Shown here one piece after another: positions 8,856-19,054 of a DNA stretch of 64,000 nt (its first letter is position 1; each line of letters begins with the position of its first letter). Made by a program: the position numbers and the translations under genes. Origin of the DNA: Bacteroidota bacterium (GTDB lineage: Bacteria > Bacteroidota > Bacteroidia > UKL13-3); the NCBI GenBank assembly GCA_025359805.1, contig JANYDU010000012.1, positions 3,689 to 67,688 on the forward strand, read 5' to 3'. A model generated the notes under the pieces. The model made no database searches. It was not told where the DNA came from and saw only the letters and a list, made by a program, of their open reading frames with translations.

Positions 8856-9512
8856 TTAACTGATTGTTCTATTCATAAAATCAAGCATGGGTTGCATCGC
8901 TTTAAATACACCGCTACAATATTTTTCAAAATTTTTATCGGTGAGCTGTGCTTCATCAATTTTATGCCACATCAAAAAACTTTTATGTTTTAAAAATTCT
9001 ATTGCTGGATTTTCCGCATCATAACCTTTGGGCGGACGAGCTAATTTTTCACCTGATAAAGAGGTAAAATATTTTTTGAAATCTTTATGAGAAATTATCT
9101 TTTTGAACGCATCAAAATTATAATCAATCTCTTGCCTAATAGCTGTTAAATGTTCAGGCATTGGTGCGTAACTTCCTCCTGCAATAAAACATTCTCCGGG
9201 TTCAATATGCAAATAATAACCTGCTTTGCCAGAGTTTTTTCCACCGGCATTAAAACTCAACCCAAAATTATTTTTATAAGGCGATTTATCTTTTGAAAAT
9301 CGAATATCTCTATTAATCCTAAACATACATTGCTTAGCCTCAAGTCCAGCTATTGAAGAATCAAAAACCTGAATATGACCAATCATTTTTGTTACAAAAA
9401 CAACTACTTCTTTTCGTAATTCATCATATTCTTTTTTGTTTTTATCAAACCATTCTTTGCTATTGTTTTTTTTAAGTTTGGCTAAAAATTGAAGCGCATG
9501 TTTAAAGTCCAT
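8856..9512 (-). CDS. DUF2461 (TIGR02453) family protein
   Basis: N-terminus MDFKHALQFLAKLKKNNSKEWFDKNKKEYDELRKEV matches the TIGR02453 start pattern (…FL..L..NN..EWF..NK..Y); 218 aa. Confidence 0.75.
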   Translation of the reverse strand: MDFKHALQFLAKLKKNNSKEWFDKNKKEYDELRKEVVVFVTKMIGHIQVFDSSIAGLEAKQCMFRINRDIRFSKDKSPYKNNFGLSFNAGGKNSGKAGYYLHIEPGECFIAGGSYAPMPEHLTAIRQEIDYNFDAFKKIISHKDFKKYFTSLSGEKLARPPKGYDAENPAIEFLKHKSFLMWHKIDEAQLTDKNFEKYCSGVFKAMQPMLDFMNRTIS

Positions 9513-9525
9513 ATAAATTGATTTT

Positions 9526-10359
9526 ATGGCAAGTTATAGTTTTGATTATTTTTGTCAAAAAATAAAAGCTCAGGCTAAAAATATGCACGATAGAGAAAGA
9601 CCAAGTTTTGAAGATAGCAACAATGTAACAGTTCAACGTTGTTTTTTTGCGTACGAATTTGCAAAGGATTTTGTAGAAGGAAAAACTACTGCCGATATTG
9701 GTTGCGCTGACGGATATGGAACGCAATATTTAGCTGATTATACCTTAGCCACTATTGGTATTGATTATAGTGAAGTAACCGTGAGTGAAGCTAACAGAAA
9801 ACATGCACACAAAAAAAATCTAACATTCAAATCGGGAAGTGTGCCACCCATTCCTTTAGAAAGTGAAAGTGTGGAAGTGGTAACGGCATTTCAGTTTATT
9901 GAACACATACAAGATAGATTAGGTTTTATAAAAGAAGCATACAGAGTATTAAAACCTGGAGGAACATTTTTGTGCAGTACACCTAACGCAAAAATGAGCA
10001 TCGCGCGTAACCCTTTTCATGTGCATGAATACACTTTTGATGAAATGCAAAAGGAAATATCATCTGTATTTGAAAGCTATGAAATACAAGGTGTACAAGG
10101 TAATGAGATTGTAAACAAATATTATGAAGACAATGCCAAATGGGCAAAAAAAATATTACGCTTAGATCCTCTCGGAATTCATAAAATGATTCCTGCATCG
10201 TGGTTAGTTAAGCCGTATAATTTTTTAACATCATTGATGCGAAAAGAGTTAAAAGAAGAAAACACCGACACGTTAAATATTACTACTAAGGATTTTTATT
10301 TAACTAAAGATAGGTTAGATTTTACTTGGGATATTTTTGTAATTGCTAAAAAGAAATAG
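9526..10359 (+). CDS. Class I SAM-dependent methyltransferase. An alternative start at ATG 9583 (MHDRE…) is possible.
   Basis: Motif I ADIGCADGYGTQYL and post-motif LKPGGTFLCSTPN are typical of a Rossmann-fold methyltransferase. Confidence 0.8.
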   Translation: MASYSFDYFCQKIKAQAKNMHDRERPSFEDSNNVTVQRCFFAYEFAKDFVEGKTTADIGCADGYGTQYLADYTLATIGIDYSEVTVSEANRKHAHKKNLTFKSGSVPPIPLESESVEVVTAFQFIEHIQDRLGFIKEAYRVLKPGGTFLCSTPNAKMSIARNPFHVHEYTFDEMQKEISSVFESYEIQGVQGNEIVNKYYEDNAKWAKKILRLDPLGIHKMIPASWLVKPYNFLTSLMRKELKEENTDTLNITTKDFYLTKDRLDFTWDIFVIAKKK

Positions 10360-10367
10360 CATAATCA

Positions 10368-10769
10368 TTACCTATCTAAATATATTTTTAGCGGTTCCCA
10401 ATAAAATTCTTTCCAACCATTTGCAATAGATTCAGCCTTATGTTCAGGGATTCCTGTATGATAAAAATCTAATTGTGTTTTATTATTTTCTAACGGAGTA
10501 AAAATAAAAACCACTTCCGAGAAATGGTTTTCGGGCCAGCCTTCTTCTTCAGCTTTCCATGTTTGAACAATTTTTTTACCACGCTCCAACACTATATTCT
10601 TTCCTGAAATATACCCATCAAAAGCATCAAATAAAGTTCCTTCTTTATCTTCAATATTGGCTGCTCCACCCGTAAATGAACTGTGTATTCTGGAGTCCAT
10701 TATACATTTATACAAATCATTTGCATCGGTATTAAAAACTTCTGTTTGATGAATATCTTTTGTTTTCAT
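10368..10769 (-). CDS. SRPBCC-superfamily protein (Aha1/polyketide-cyclase-like)
   Basis: 133 aa. Family assignment from overall pattern (…HSSFTGGAANIE…WKEFYWEPLKIYL), resembling activator-of-Hsp90-ATPase-homolog-like SRPBCC proteins. Confidence 0.65.
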   Translation of the reverse strand: MKTKDIHQTEVFNTDANDLYKCIMDSRIHSSFTGGAANIEDKEGTLFDAFDGYISGKNIVLERGKKIVQTWKAEEEGWPENHFSEVVFIFTPLENNKTQLDFYHTGIPEHKAESIANGWKEFYWEPLKIYLDR

Positions 10770-10794
10770 AATTCCTTATTGATGGTGTAAAAGT

Positions 10795-10829
10795 AAAAAA
10801 GCTACCTCAATATTGAGGTAGCTTTTTGA
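10795..10829 (-). terminator. Rho-independent terminator for the endonuclease gene: perfect 11-bp stem, 3-nt loop, U-run on the minus strand.
   Basis: aaaaagctacctcaatattgaggtagcttttt. Stem AGCTACCTCAA/TTGAGGTAGCT (10801-10811 / 10815-10825), flanked by an A-run and a T-run, so the structure is bidirectional. Confidence 0.75.
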
Positions 10830-10849
10830 AATATTATTTTATAATAAAA

Positions 10850-13381
10850 CTAATTCACTAAAATTTTCTTCACTAAAGTTTGTCCATCACTATTTAATTT
10901 AATGATGTATAAACCTTGTGGTAAATGCAATGAAGCTGTATTGTTTGTTAACGTTCCAGTTTGAATTAATCTACCACGAGTATCCATCACATCAAAACTT
11001 ACTTTAGTTTTTTGTTGAGAAGTAAATTCAATTGTTACTTGTCCTTCACTTGGGTTTGGATAAACAGAAATATTTTTTTCTAAACTTACTTCATTTACAC
11101 CAACAGTTGAAGTCATTGTAAAATAATTTCCACTTACCGATGAAGTAGCAGATTTAGTATCTGTTAATTTAATTTTTGCTTTTGTTGATCTTAAATCATT
11201 ATTAGCCGATAGCCAACTATAACTTCCTGTTGAAGCTAATGTACGAGGGGTTATTACAGTAAATAGAGTATCGTTTAACCACAATTCAATTTTTGCCGAA
11301 TCAATATTACTACTTGTCCAAGTAATCGTATTTGTTGCTGTTGAACTCCAACTTTCGCCACCATTAGGTGCAGTTATAGTTATGCTTGGAGTTGGTGCTA
11401 CACCTGAAATATAAGTAAGGTTATTAAAGTTAATATAGTTAACCCAAGAAGGATTATCAATAAATGGATTGCGATTGTGTTGTATAGAATTTATATATTC
11501 ATGTCGTGCAATTTCCCACGCATCAGGTGGATCTTGAAGATGCCATTTTTTCAAAATGGTATCGTTTTGTTTTCCTCCGTTAATAGCCCCCAACGACCAG
11601 TTTTTTCCATTAACACCATTATAAGTAACAGCCATATAAAACAAAGCACGAGCTAAATCTCCTTTATGCTCATCACGAGGTTCCCAAACAGTGTTTCCTT
11701 TCGCATCAAGTCCTTTTTTGCCTAAACCTGTAGACGAAATATAAGTGGGAGTTCCAACTACTTCACCAAATGGATAATTAGAGCGTGGCGCATTTCCATT
11801 AATTTGATCGGCAGGAAATAAATGATGTTGATCATTGTACTCAGGAAGTTCTTTTCCATTAACGATATACCACGATGATCCACCTCCATTACTTGGCATC
11901 CAACTTTGTGCAAACGTATGTTCACGTGTAAGTGTTGCGGGGTTTCCTCCTGTACCTGTCCACCATGTAAATGGATCGTTGTAAACGTAAGGCAAAGTTG
12001 TGTAAACACAGTTCACTACTTTTTTTCCTCCTGTTGTATCACGAGTAATAAAATTGTTTACAATGGTGTTTGAATAATTACCATAAAAGATGGTATCGTG
12101 AACATTAATTTTATTGTGGAGATCAGTAATAAATGTTGATGCAGTTGCATTAATGCCAGTATAATAACTTCCAATATTACTCCCGGTTGTAGTCACATTT
12201 CCTGATAGTGGATTTCCTGTTAAATAATTTTCATATCCTGAAGGCCCATTAAACGCAAATACAGTAAAATAATAAGGGGTATTTGCGAAAAAATAAGTGG
12301 GTACAAAACTGGTATCGGTACCAATATATGCTACCTGAGCACTACCAATATAATCTCCACGCATATAGGTTTGTCCATCCGCAGGAATCTCTGTTATGGC
12401 TGAACCTTTTTTGCGCAGCACAATATATTTTTCGGGTTTGGTTGATGCATTTTTAAAGGACACTTTAAAACCGTATGCTTTTAAATTTGTAAACGAAAGA
12501 TTGGTAGGTTGAACACTTGGTTCGGTTGCATAACTTCCACCAATGCCATACAAGTTTATCACAAATGGATTTTTTGCAGTATCTCCATTTACTAAACTAA
12601 GTGATGCCATTTTAGAGCCATTTCCGGTTGGATTAAAGTATATCCTAAAAGTATCACTACTGTTTGGTGCAATTGATGTAGGCATTGTTGGAATGGTATA
12701 ATCAGAGGCATTAGTACCCGAAATTGTTTTTGTTCCGATAGTAAGTGCCTGTGCTGTTCCTTTATTTTCGATGGTAAAAAGTGTAGAAGTATTTTTTCCA
12801 ATCACAAAAGTATTTCCGTTTATTAAACTTGTTGTGCCTTGTTTAATATTAATTGAAGCATTTGGACTTGGTGGTGCTTGTAAAATCACCACACTATCTA
12901 TAGCTACATTACTTCCCGATTGTTTGTCAGTATAAAAAAATCTTATATATCTTGAAGATGAATTAACTATATCAACAAATCGAGTCATTGTTCCTGGAAT
13001 GGGTGAGGCAGTTGTAAAAGTTCTAACACTATTCCAGTTACTTCCATTAATAGATTCCTGAATTGTAAAAGTTCCTGTAAATGCTGGATTAGGTGATATA
13101 CCTGTACCCCTCATCCAATAACTCAATTGTCCTGGTTTATCAGCACACCAAATTTGTATATACTCACCTATTGAATCTAATCGACAAGAAACGCCATCAA
13201 CGCCAACAGAGTTCTGACTGCCAGAATAAGTAAGGTTTCCTGTTGTTCCTTGATTGAGTGTCCAACCATTTGGTGGAGTTGAAATTCCAGGATTAGAAAA
13301 ATCCCAAAAAGTTGGCAAAGTAGTTTGAGTATAGGCTGTTGATGTAATTAGCATCAGTAAAAGGTAAAATTGTTTTTTCAT
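10850..13381 (-). CDS. T9SS-secreted multidomain extracellular nuclease: signal peptide, N-terminal beta-sandwich domains, Fn3, endonuclease I (pfam04231-like) domain, Ig-like domain, and T9SS C-terminal sorting domain.
   Basis: Endonuclease I motifs TREHTFAQSWMP, DQHHLFPADQINGNAPRSNYPFGEV and EPRDEHKGDLARALFYMAVTY. C-terminal YPNPSEGQVTIEF…GLYIIKLNSDGQTLVKKILVN is a type-A T9SS CTD. Fn3-like stretch PTNLSFTNLKAYGFKVSFKNAS…YYFTVFAFNG. Confidence 0.8.
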   Translation of the reverse strand: MKKQFYLLLMLITSTAYTQTTLPTFWDFSNPGISTPPNGWTLNQGTTGNLTYSGSQNSVGVDGVSCRLDSIGEYIQIWCADKPGQLSYWMRGTGISPNPAFTGTFTIQESINGSNWNSVRTFTTASPIPGTMTRFVDIVNSSSRYIRFFYTDKQSGSNVAIDSVVILQAPPSPNASINIKQGTTSLINGNTFVIGKNTSTLFTIENKGTAQALTIGTKTISGTNASDYTIPTMPTSIAPNSSDTFRIYFNPTGNGSKMASLSLVNGDTAKNPFVINLYGIGGSYATEPSVQPTNLSFTNLKAYGFKVSFKNASTKPEKYIVLRKKGSAITEIPADGQTYMRGDYIGSAQVAYIGTDTSFVPTYFFANTPYYFTVFAFNGPSGYENYLTGNPLSGNVTTTGSNIGSYYTGINATASTFITDLHNKINVHDTIFYGNYSNTIVNNFITRDTTGGKKVVNCVYTTLPYVYNDPFTWWTGTGGNPATLTREHTFAQSWMPSNGGGSSWYIVNGKELPEYNDQHHLFPADQINGNAPRSNYPFGEVVGTPTYISSTGLGKKGLDAKGNTVWEPRDEHKGDLARALFYMAVTYNGVNGKNWSLGAINGGKQNDTILKKWHLQDPPDAWEIARHEYINSIQHNRNPFIDNPSWVNYINFNNLTYISGVAPTPSITITAPNGGESWSSTATNTITWTSSNIDSAKIELWLNDTLFTVITPRTLASTGSYSWLSANNDLRSTKAKIKLTDTKSATSSVSGNYFTMTSTVGVNEVSLEKNISVYPNPSEGQVTIEFTSQQKTKVSFDVMDTRGRLIQTGTLTNNTASLHLPQGLYIIKLNSDGQTLVKKILVN

Positions 13382-13484
13382 AATTTGTTTAGAAATAGCC
13401 TACAAGAATAAAGTAATTTGTTGATTATTATACTTTCAGTATATTAATTTTTTGTGAATCATTTGTGCTGTGAAATAGTAAATT

Positions 13485-15791
13485 ATGTGCAAATTTGCCA
13501 CTCCAATTAATAGCATTCGTATCGTGACTGAACAAGTAAGCCAAAAACATTTAGCAACAGTTGAACAAGCCCAAAAATTAGGGCTTCGACCAGAAGAGTT
13601 TGAAAAAATAAAAGAAATTTTAGGACGTACACCCAACTTCACAGAGTTAAGTGTTTACTCAGTAATGTGGAGCGAACATTGTTCCTATAAAAATTCTATT
13701 GTGTGGTTAAAAACATTGCCTAAAGAAGGTGAAAAAATGTTGGCAAAAGCGGGTGAAGAAAATGCTGGATTAATTGATATTGGAGATGGATTGGCTTGTT
13801 GTTTTAAAATTGAAAGTCATAACCACCCGAGTGCATTAGAGCCATACCAAGGAGCAGCAACAGGTGTGGGTGGAATTAACCGTGATATTTTTTCGATGGG
13901 AGCAAGACCAATCGCTCAATTAAACTCTTTGCGTTTTGGAAATATCGAAAACGAACGTACAAAATGGTTGGTGCGTGGTGTGGTAAAAGGAATTGGAAAC
14001 TATGGTAACGCATTTGGAATTCCTACTGTTGGTGGCGAAGTTTATTTTGATGATTGCTATCGAGTAAATCCGCTTGTAAATGCCATGAGCGTGGGCATTG
14101 CGGAAGTTGGAAAAACAGTTTCGGCTATTAGTGAAGGACTCGGAAATCCAGTTTATATTTTTGGTTCGGCAACAGGAAAAGACGGAATTCATGGTGCTGC
14201 ATTTGCCTCAAAAGACATTACCGAAGACTCGGCAAAAGACCTTCCAAGTGTGCAAGTTGGAGATCCATTTTGGGAGAAATTAATTTTGGAAGCCAGCATG
14301 GAATTACTCAAAACAGATGCAGTGGTGGGTATGCAAGATATGGGTGCTGCAGGCATTACTTGCTCAACAAGTGAGATGAGTGCCAAAAGTGAAACAGGCA
14401 TGAAAGTGTGGTTAGATAAAGTTCCTATGCGCCAAGCCAACATGAAGGATTGGGAAATTTTATTGAGCGAAAGTCAAGAGCGAATGTTGGTAATTGTTCA
14501 TAAAGGGCATGAGAAAGAAGTTGAAAAGATTTTTGAAAAATGGGATTTAACATATGCCATTATTGGAGAAGTAACAGATACTAAACGAGTACAATATTAT
14601 ATGCACGATGAGTTGGTGGCCGATATTCCAGGAGAGAGTTTGGTACTTGGCGGTGGTGCTCCAGTTTATCATCGCGAATACACCGTTCCAAAATATTTTG
14701 AAGAAATAAAAAAGTTTGATATCAATAACATCTCAGATTTATCTTTTGATGAAAAAAATTCATCGAAGAAATCTGCGCAATCTGTGGCTAAACTTTTAGC
14801 ATCACACCCAAATATTTGTTCTCGTAAATGGGTATATAATCAATATGATTCGATGGTAGGAACCATCAACCAAACCACCAACGCACCAAGTGATGCAGCC
14901 GTTGTAAAAGTAAAAGGTACAAACAAATCTATTGCAATGACTACGGATTGTAATTCTCGTTACGTTCATGCCGACCCTTATACAGGTGCGATGATTGCGG
15001 TTGCAGAAGCTGCCAGAAATATTGTGTGTAGTGGAGGCGATCCTGCTGCAGTTACCAACTGTTTAAATTTTGGAAACCCATACAATACAGAAGTATATTA
15101 TCAATTTGTATATGCAATAAAAGGAATGAGCGAAGCATGTAAAAAATTTGATACGCCCGTTACTGGAGGCAACGTAAGTTTTTACAATCAGAGCAGTGAT
15201 AATGATGCTGTTTTTCCAACACCCACAATTGGAATGGTTGGATTATTATTGAATGGAAAAAAACACATGACGCTTGATTTTAAAAATGCAGGTGATGTAG
15301 TTTATTTAATTGGAGAAAGCAGAAACGATATTTCATCGTCTCAATATTTAGTATCTCAACATCAGGTGCAATTATCTCCGGCTCCATACTTTAATTTGGA
15401 TGAAGAATACAATATGCAACGTGCCATTTTAAAACTTATTGACGGCAACCTTATTCAATCAGCACATGATATAAGTGAAGGAGGATTATTTATTTCTTTA
15501 CTCGAAAGTGCAATGCCAAGAAATTTATCATTCAATATCTCGACTCCAATCGACAAGACAATTCGTAACGATGCTTTTTTGTTTGGAGAATCACAAGGTA
15601 GAGTTGTTGTTTCGGTGCAAAATGAAAAGAGTATAGCGGTTGAAGAGTTGTTACATAAAATGAATGTGAAATTTGAAAAACTTGGAACAGTTTCAAAAGA
15701 TAATATCAACATAAATGATGTAGATTTTGGTTCAATAAGTGAGTATAAAAATTTGCATGAAAACGCATTAGGAAATATCTTAAACTCATAA
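13485..15791 (+). CDS. purL: Phosphoribosylformylglycinamidine synthase subunit PurL (small, unfused form). The true start may be the in-frame GTG at ~13524.
   Basis: [18 protein letters not shown], the [39 protein letters not shown] motif, and duplicated AIR-synthase-related domains; 768 aa. Confidence 0.9.
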   Translation: MCKFATPINSIRIVTEQVSQKHLATVEQAQKLGLRPEEFEKIKEILGRTPNFTELSVYSVMWSEHCSYKNSIVWLKTLPKEGEKMLAKAGEENAGLIDIGDGLACCFKIESHNHPSALEPYQGAATGVGGINRDIFSMGARPIAQLNSLRFGNIENERTKWLVRGVVKGIGNYGNAFGIPTVGGEVYFDDCYRVNPLVNAMSVGIAEVGKTVSAISEGLGNPVYIFGSATGKDGIHGAAFASKDITEDSAKDLPSVQVGDPFWEKLILEASMELLKTDAVVGMQDMGAAGITCSTSEMSAKSETGMKVWLDKVPMRQANMKDWEILLSESQERMLVIVHKGHEKEVEKIFEKWDLTYAIIGEVTDTKRVQYYMHDELVADIPGESLVLGGGAPVYHREYTVPKYFEEIKKFDINNISDLSFDEKNSSKKSAQSVAKLLASHPNICSRKWVYNQYDSMVGTINQTTNAPSDAAVVKVKGTNKSIAMTTDCNSRYVHADPYTGAMIAVAEAARNIVCSGGDPAAVTNCLNFGNPYNTEVYYQFVYAIKGMSEACKKFDTPVTGGNVSFYNQSSDNDAVFPTPTIGMVGLLLNGKKHMTLDFKNAGDVVYLIGESRNDISSSQYLVSQHQVQLSPAPYFNLDEEYNMQRAILKLIDGNLIQSAHDISEGGLFISLLESAMPRNLSFNISTPIDKTIRNDAFLFGESQGRVVVSVQNEKSIAVEELLHKMNVKFEKLGTVSKDNININDVDFGSISEYKNLHENALGNILNS

Positions 15792-15834
15792 AACATTATT
15801 GTTTAAATTTTAATATCATCAATACAAAATAATA

Positions 15835-16662
15835 ATGGCTCTTGATCAACTAGAAGATGAATTAAACAGCTCGACAGAAATGAGTTTCTTCGATCATATT
15901 GATGCGCTTAGAGGACATTTATTTCGTTCGGCAATTGCAATTATTTTAATGGCTGTTGTGGCTTTTGTGAACAAACATATTTTGTTTGATGTGATTATTT
16001 TTGGACCCACACGATTGGATTTTTGGAGTTATGAATTGCTCTGCAAACTTTCATTTTGGGTTACAGGAACTAATGAATATTGCATTACCGATATGGGTTT
16101 TGTATTATCCAATATCAACATGTCGGGGCAGTTTACCGAACACATTTTTGTAGCATTTATCTCTGGAGTTATTCTTGCATTTCCTTATGTATTGTGGGAG
16201 TTTTGGCGATTTATCAAACCAGCACTTTCACAAAAAGAAACCAACTACGCAAAAGGAATTGTTTTTTTTAGCTCCATGCTTTTCTTTATCGGAATTTTAT
16301 TTGGGTATTATTTTTTAGCACCACTCTCCATCAATTTTTTAGGCTCTTATCGAGTGAGTGATATGGTGAGCAATGAAATAAATTTAGAGTCATATATTTC
16401 ATTTATCTCTACGTTAACTTTTGCAACAGGTCTTGTTTTTGAGATGCCTATTTTGGTTTATTTTTTAGCTAAAATTGGAATTATTGGAAGCAATTGGATG
16501 CGTAAAAATAGAAGGTATGCAATTGTTGTGATTCTTATTCTTTCGGGAGTATTAACCCCATCACCAGATATTGCCAGCCAAGTATTAATGTTTATTCCGC
16601 TTTATAGTTTGTATGAGCTGAGTATTTTTGTTGCACAACGAGTAGAGAAAAATAAAATATGA
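15835..16662 (+). CDS. tatC: Twin-arginine translocase subunit TatC
   Basis: …MSFFDHIDALRGHLFRSAIAIIL… is the TatC N-terminus, followed by six predicted TM helices; 275 aa. Confidence 0.9.
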   Translation: MALDQLEDELNSSTEMSFFDHIDALRGHLFRSAIAIILMAVVAFVNKHILFDVIIFGPTRLDFWSYELLCKLSFWVTGTNEYCITDMGFVLSNINMSGQFTEHIFVAFISGVILAFPYVLWEFWRFIKPALSQKETNYAKGIVFFSSMLFFIGILFGYYFLAPLSINFLGSYRVSDMVSNEINLESYISFISTLTFATGLVFEMPILVYFLAKIGIIGSNWMRKNRRYAIVVILILSGVLTPSPDIASQVLMFIPLYSLYELSIFVAQRVEKNKI

Positions 16663-17087
16663 AAATAGCTATAGGTGGCGATCATGCAGGATTTGCCTAC
16701 AAAGAAGAAATAAAAAAAATGCTTTCAGAACAAGGTTATGAAGTAAAAGATTTTGGACCTTTTAATGAAGCTTCGGTTGACTATCCTGATTTTGCACACC
16801 CTGTTGCAACTTCAGTTGAAAACAATGAAACTGATTTTGGAATATTAATTTGTGGAAGTGGAAATGGTGTTGCCATCACTGCAAATAAACATCAAGGAAT
16901 TCGTGCAGCACTTTGTTGGACAGAAGAATTAGGCTCGTTGGCAAGGCAACACAATAATGCAAATGTTTTATGCTTACCTGCTCGTTTTATTGATTTAGAC
17001 TTGGCAAAAAAAATCACAACAATATTTTTGAAAACAGATTTTGAGGGTGGTCGACATGCAAATCGGGTAAACAAAATTGCCTGTTAA
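16659..17087 (+). CDS. rpiB: Ribose-5-phosphate isomerase B
   Basis: MKIAIGGDHAGFAYKEEI… and GILICGSGNGVAITANKH (RpiB/LacAB signature). Confidence 0.9.
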   Translation: MKIAIGGDHAGFAYKEEIKKMLSEQGYEVKDFGPFNEASVDYPDFAHPVATSVENNETDFGILICGSGNGVAITANKHQGIRAALCWTEELGSLARQHNNANVLCLPARFIDLDLAKKITTIFLKTDFEGGRHANRVNKIAC

Positions 17088-17090
17088 TTA

Positions 17091-17990
17091 ATGGATAATA
17101 TTATTCAAAAATTGCAGCAAGGAGATAAGCGGGCATTAGCTCGATGTATTTCTTTGGTTGAAAATGAAACCAAAGGTTATGAGGAATTATTACTACAATT
17201 ATCGTTTAATAAACACATTCCTATAACCGGAATTACAGGTCCTCCAGGCGCTGGAAAAAGTACATTGATTAGTGCCATTGCAAAACATTTTGTTGAACAA
17301 AATAAAACGTTGGCCATCATTGCAGTTGATCCAAGTTCGCCATTTAATCATGGAGCATTAATGGGTGATAGGTTGCGTATGAGCGAACACTTTTTGCATC
17401 CCAATGTTTTTATTAGAAGCATGGCAACTCGAAGAAGTTTAGGTGGTTTGGCTCCGAAAATTTTTGAGGTAGCTGATATTTTTCGTGCAGCGAATGTGGA
17501 TCATATTATTATTGAAACCGTTGGTGTTGGGCAAAGTGAAGTAGAGATAGCAGCACTTGCTGATACTACAATTTTAGCTTTAGTTCCTGAAGCGGGTGAT
17601 GAAATTCAAACGATAAAAAGCGGTGTGATGGAGATTGCTGATATTTATGTATTGAATAAATCGGATAGGGATGGCGCAGATATTTTTTATAAAAACTTAC
17701 AACTACTTTCTCATTCCAATATTCGTGATGGTTGGGAAATTCCAGTGGTAAAAACGGTAGCTACAAAAAATGAAGGAATTGATGAGTTAATGAATGCTAT
17801 TGAAAAGCATGTTCATACTTCGCATAACGGAAATAAAAAAATTCATTTACTTGCCGAAAAGGCAATGGTGTTGATTCGAAGCCTTAGAACAAGAGACATT
17901 GACTTTACGCAAATTGAAAACGAATTGAAGGAAAAGACGAAAGACGAAAACTTTAATTTGTATCGATATGTTAAAAAATATATTATGTAG
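17091..17990 (+). CDS. meaB: Methylmalonyl-CoA mutase-associated GTPase MeaB (ArgK-like)
   Basis: P-loop GITGPPGAGKSTLI, then IIAVDPSSPFNHGALMGDRLRM and NKSD (G4); 299 aa. Confidence 0.85.
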   Translation: MDNIIQKLQQGDKRALARCISLVENETKGYEELLLQLSFNKHIPITGITGPPGAGKSTLISAIAKHFVEQNKTLAIIAVDPSSPFNHGALMGDRLRMSEHFLHPNVFIRSMATRRSLGGLAPKIFEVADIFRAANVDHIIIETVGVGQSEVEIAALADTTILALVPEAGDEIQTIKSGVMEIADIYVLNKSDRDGADIFYKNLQLLSHSNIRDGWEIPVVKTVATKNEGIDELMNAIEKHVHTSHNGNKKIHLLAEKAMVLIRSLRTRDIDFTQIENELKEKTKDENFNLYRYVKKYIM

Positions 17991-18029
17991 AGGTGTATCG
18001 CATACGTATCAATAGTTAAAAAAATAAAA

Positions 18030-18602
18030 ATGAATATCTGCATTATATCAGGTTCGGCAAGGGCTAATAATAATACCATTAGAGTGGGTTATGCATTACA
18101 ACGGCTATTAAAAAATGAGCATCAAGTTACGGTAATTGATTTTCAGCAATATGATATTCCATTAATCAATCAAGCAGAAATTTCATTAGATAACCTCTCA
18201 TCATTTCAAAAAAACTTAGTGGATGGAATGAGTAATGCACAAATTGTTTTTCTCATTTCGCCCGAGTATAATTATACCACAACTCCCGAAATTTTAAATA
18301 TGCTTCATCGTTTGGGTGATAGAAATTTTAAGCATCTTTTTGATGAAAAAGTGTTTGCATTGGTTGGTGTATCAACAGGCAAAGGAGGAAAAATTCCGGC
18401 TCTTCATCTCACTACCATCTTAAATAAAATTATCAGTTATCTCCATTTAAATTCATTTGTTTCATCCAAAATATTTGAATCACATTTTACCAAAGAAGTA
18501 TTGGATGAAACAGGAAACTCATTAGGAAATAAAGAGTATGATAATGGAATGAATGATTTTTTAAACTTCACGTTGCGTATGGCAAATAGATGGATTAAAT
18601 AG
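18030..18602 (+). CDS. NAD(P)H-dependent FMN reductase-like oxidoreductase
   Basis: MNICIISGSARANNNTIRVGYAL… (flavodoxin-like NADPH-dependent FMN reductase N-terminus); 190 aa. Confidence 0.7.
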   Translation: MNICIISGSARANNNTIRVGYALQRLLKNEHQVTVIDFQQYDIPLINQAEISLDNLSSFQKNLVDGMSNAQIVFLISPEYNYTTTPEILNMLHRLGDRNFKHLFDEKVFALVGVSTGKGGKIPALHLTTILNKIISYLHLNSFVSSKIFESHFTKEVLDETGNSLGNKEYDNGMNDFLNFTLRMANRWIK

Positions 18603-18667
18603 TCTTCGTAGATAAAAATTTTTATGAAATTCAAAAATGCGTACTTTCGCATCATAAAATAATAATT

Positions 18668-18997
18668 ATGAAGCAGCATATTGACGCTATCAAAAAAACA
18701 TTAGCAACCGAAGGCATTGGAGAAAAAGTAGTTGCACAACTAAAAGAACTTCGCGAATATTTTAAGGCAAACTTAAATGAGCCTGGTTATGTGAAAATTA
18801 TTCGTATGGCTTATGAGAATATTGAAGAAACAAACGACTACACGTTTTTGTATTTAGAAGAAGAAGACGGAAAAGTAAATCTTGATTACCTTGTTGATTT
18901 ACTAAGCGATTACCAAAACAAATATAATAAGGAAGAATTAATGGAGGTTCGCAATTTAATGGAAGGCATTGTGCCTGAAGTTGACGAAGAGGCTTAA
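18668..18997 (+). CDS. Hypothetical acidic small protein
   Basis: 109-aa ORF, Glu/Asp-rich, no recognisable motif. Followed by a strong terminator. Confidence 0.45.
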   Translation: MKQHIDAIKKTLATEGIGEKVVAQLKELREYFKANLNEPGYVKIIRMAYENIEETNDYTFLYLEEEDGKVNLDYLVDLLSDYQNKYNKEELMEVRNLMEGIVPEVDEEA

Positions 18998-19015
18998 GAT
19001 ATTTTAACTTGTTGA

Positions 19016-19052
19016 ATAAAAAAGCCGAGTGCATTTTGCCTCGGCTTTTTTA
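19016..19052. terminator. Bidirectional rho-independent terminator between the convergent genes 18668-18997 (+) and the ompH-like gene (-).
   Basis: aaaaagccgagtgcattttgcctcggctttttt. 7-bp stem AGCCGAG/CTCGGCT flanked by an A-run and a T-run. Confidence 0.75.
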
Positions 19053-19054
19053 AT

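Noticed and set aside
13382-13484. Bacteroidota-type promoter (-33 TTG / -7 TAnnTTTG) upstream of purL
   Set aside because: Only approximate matches (e.g. taattttttg) were found. Coordinates could not be assigned confidently without transcript-start data.
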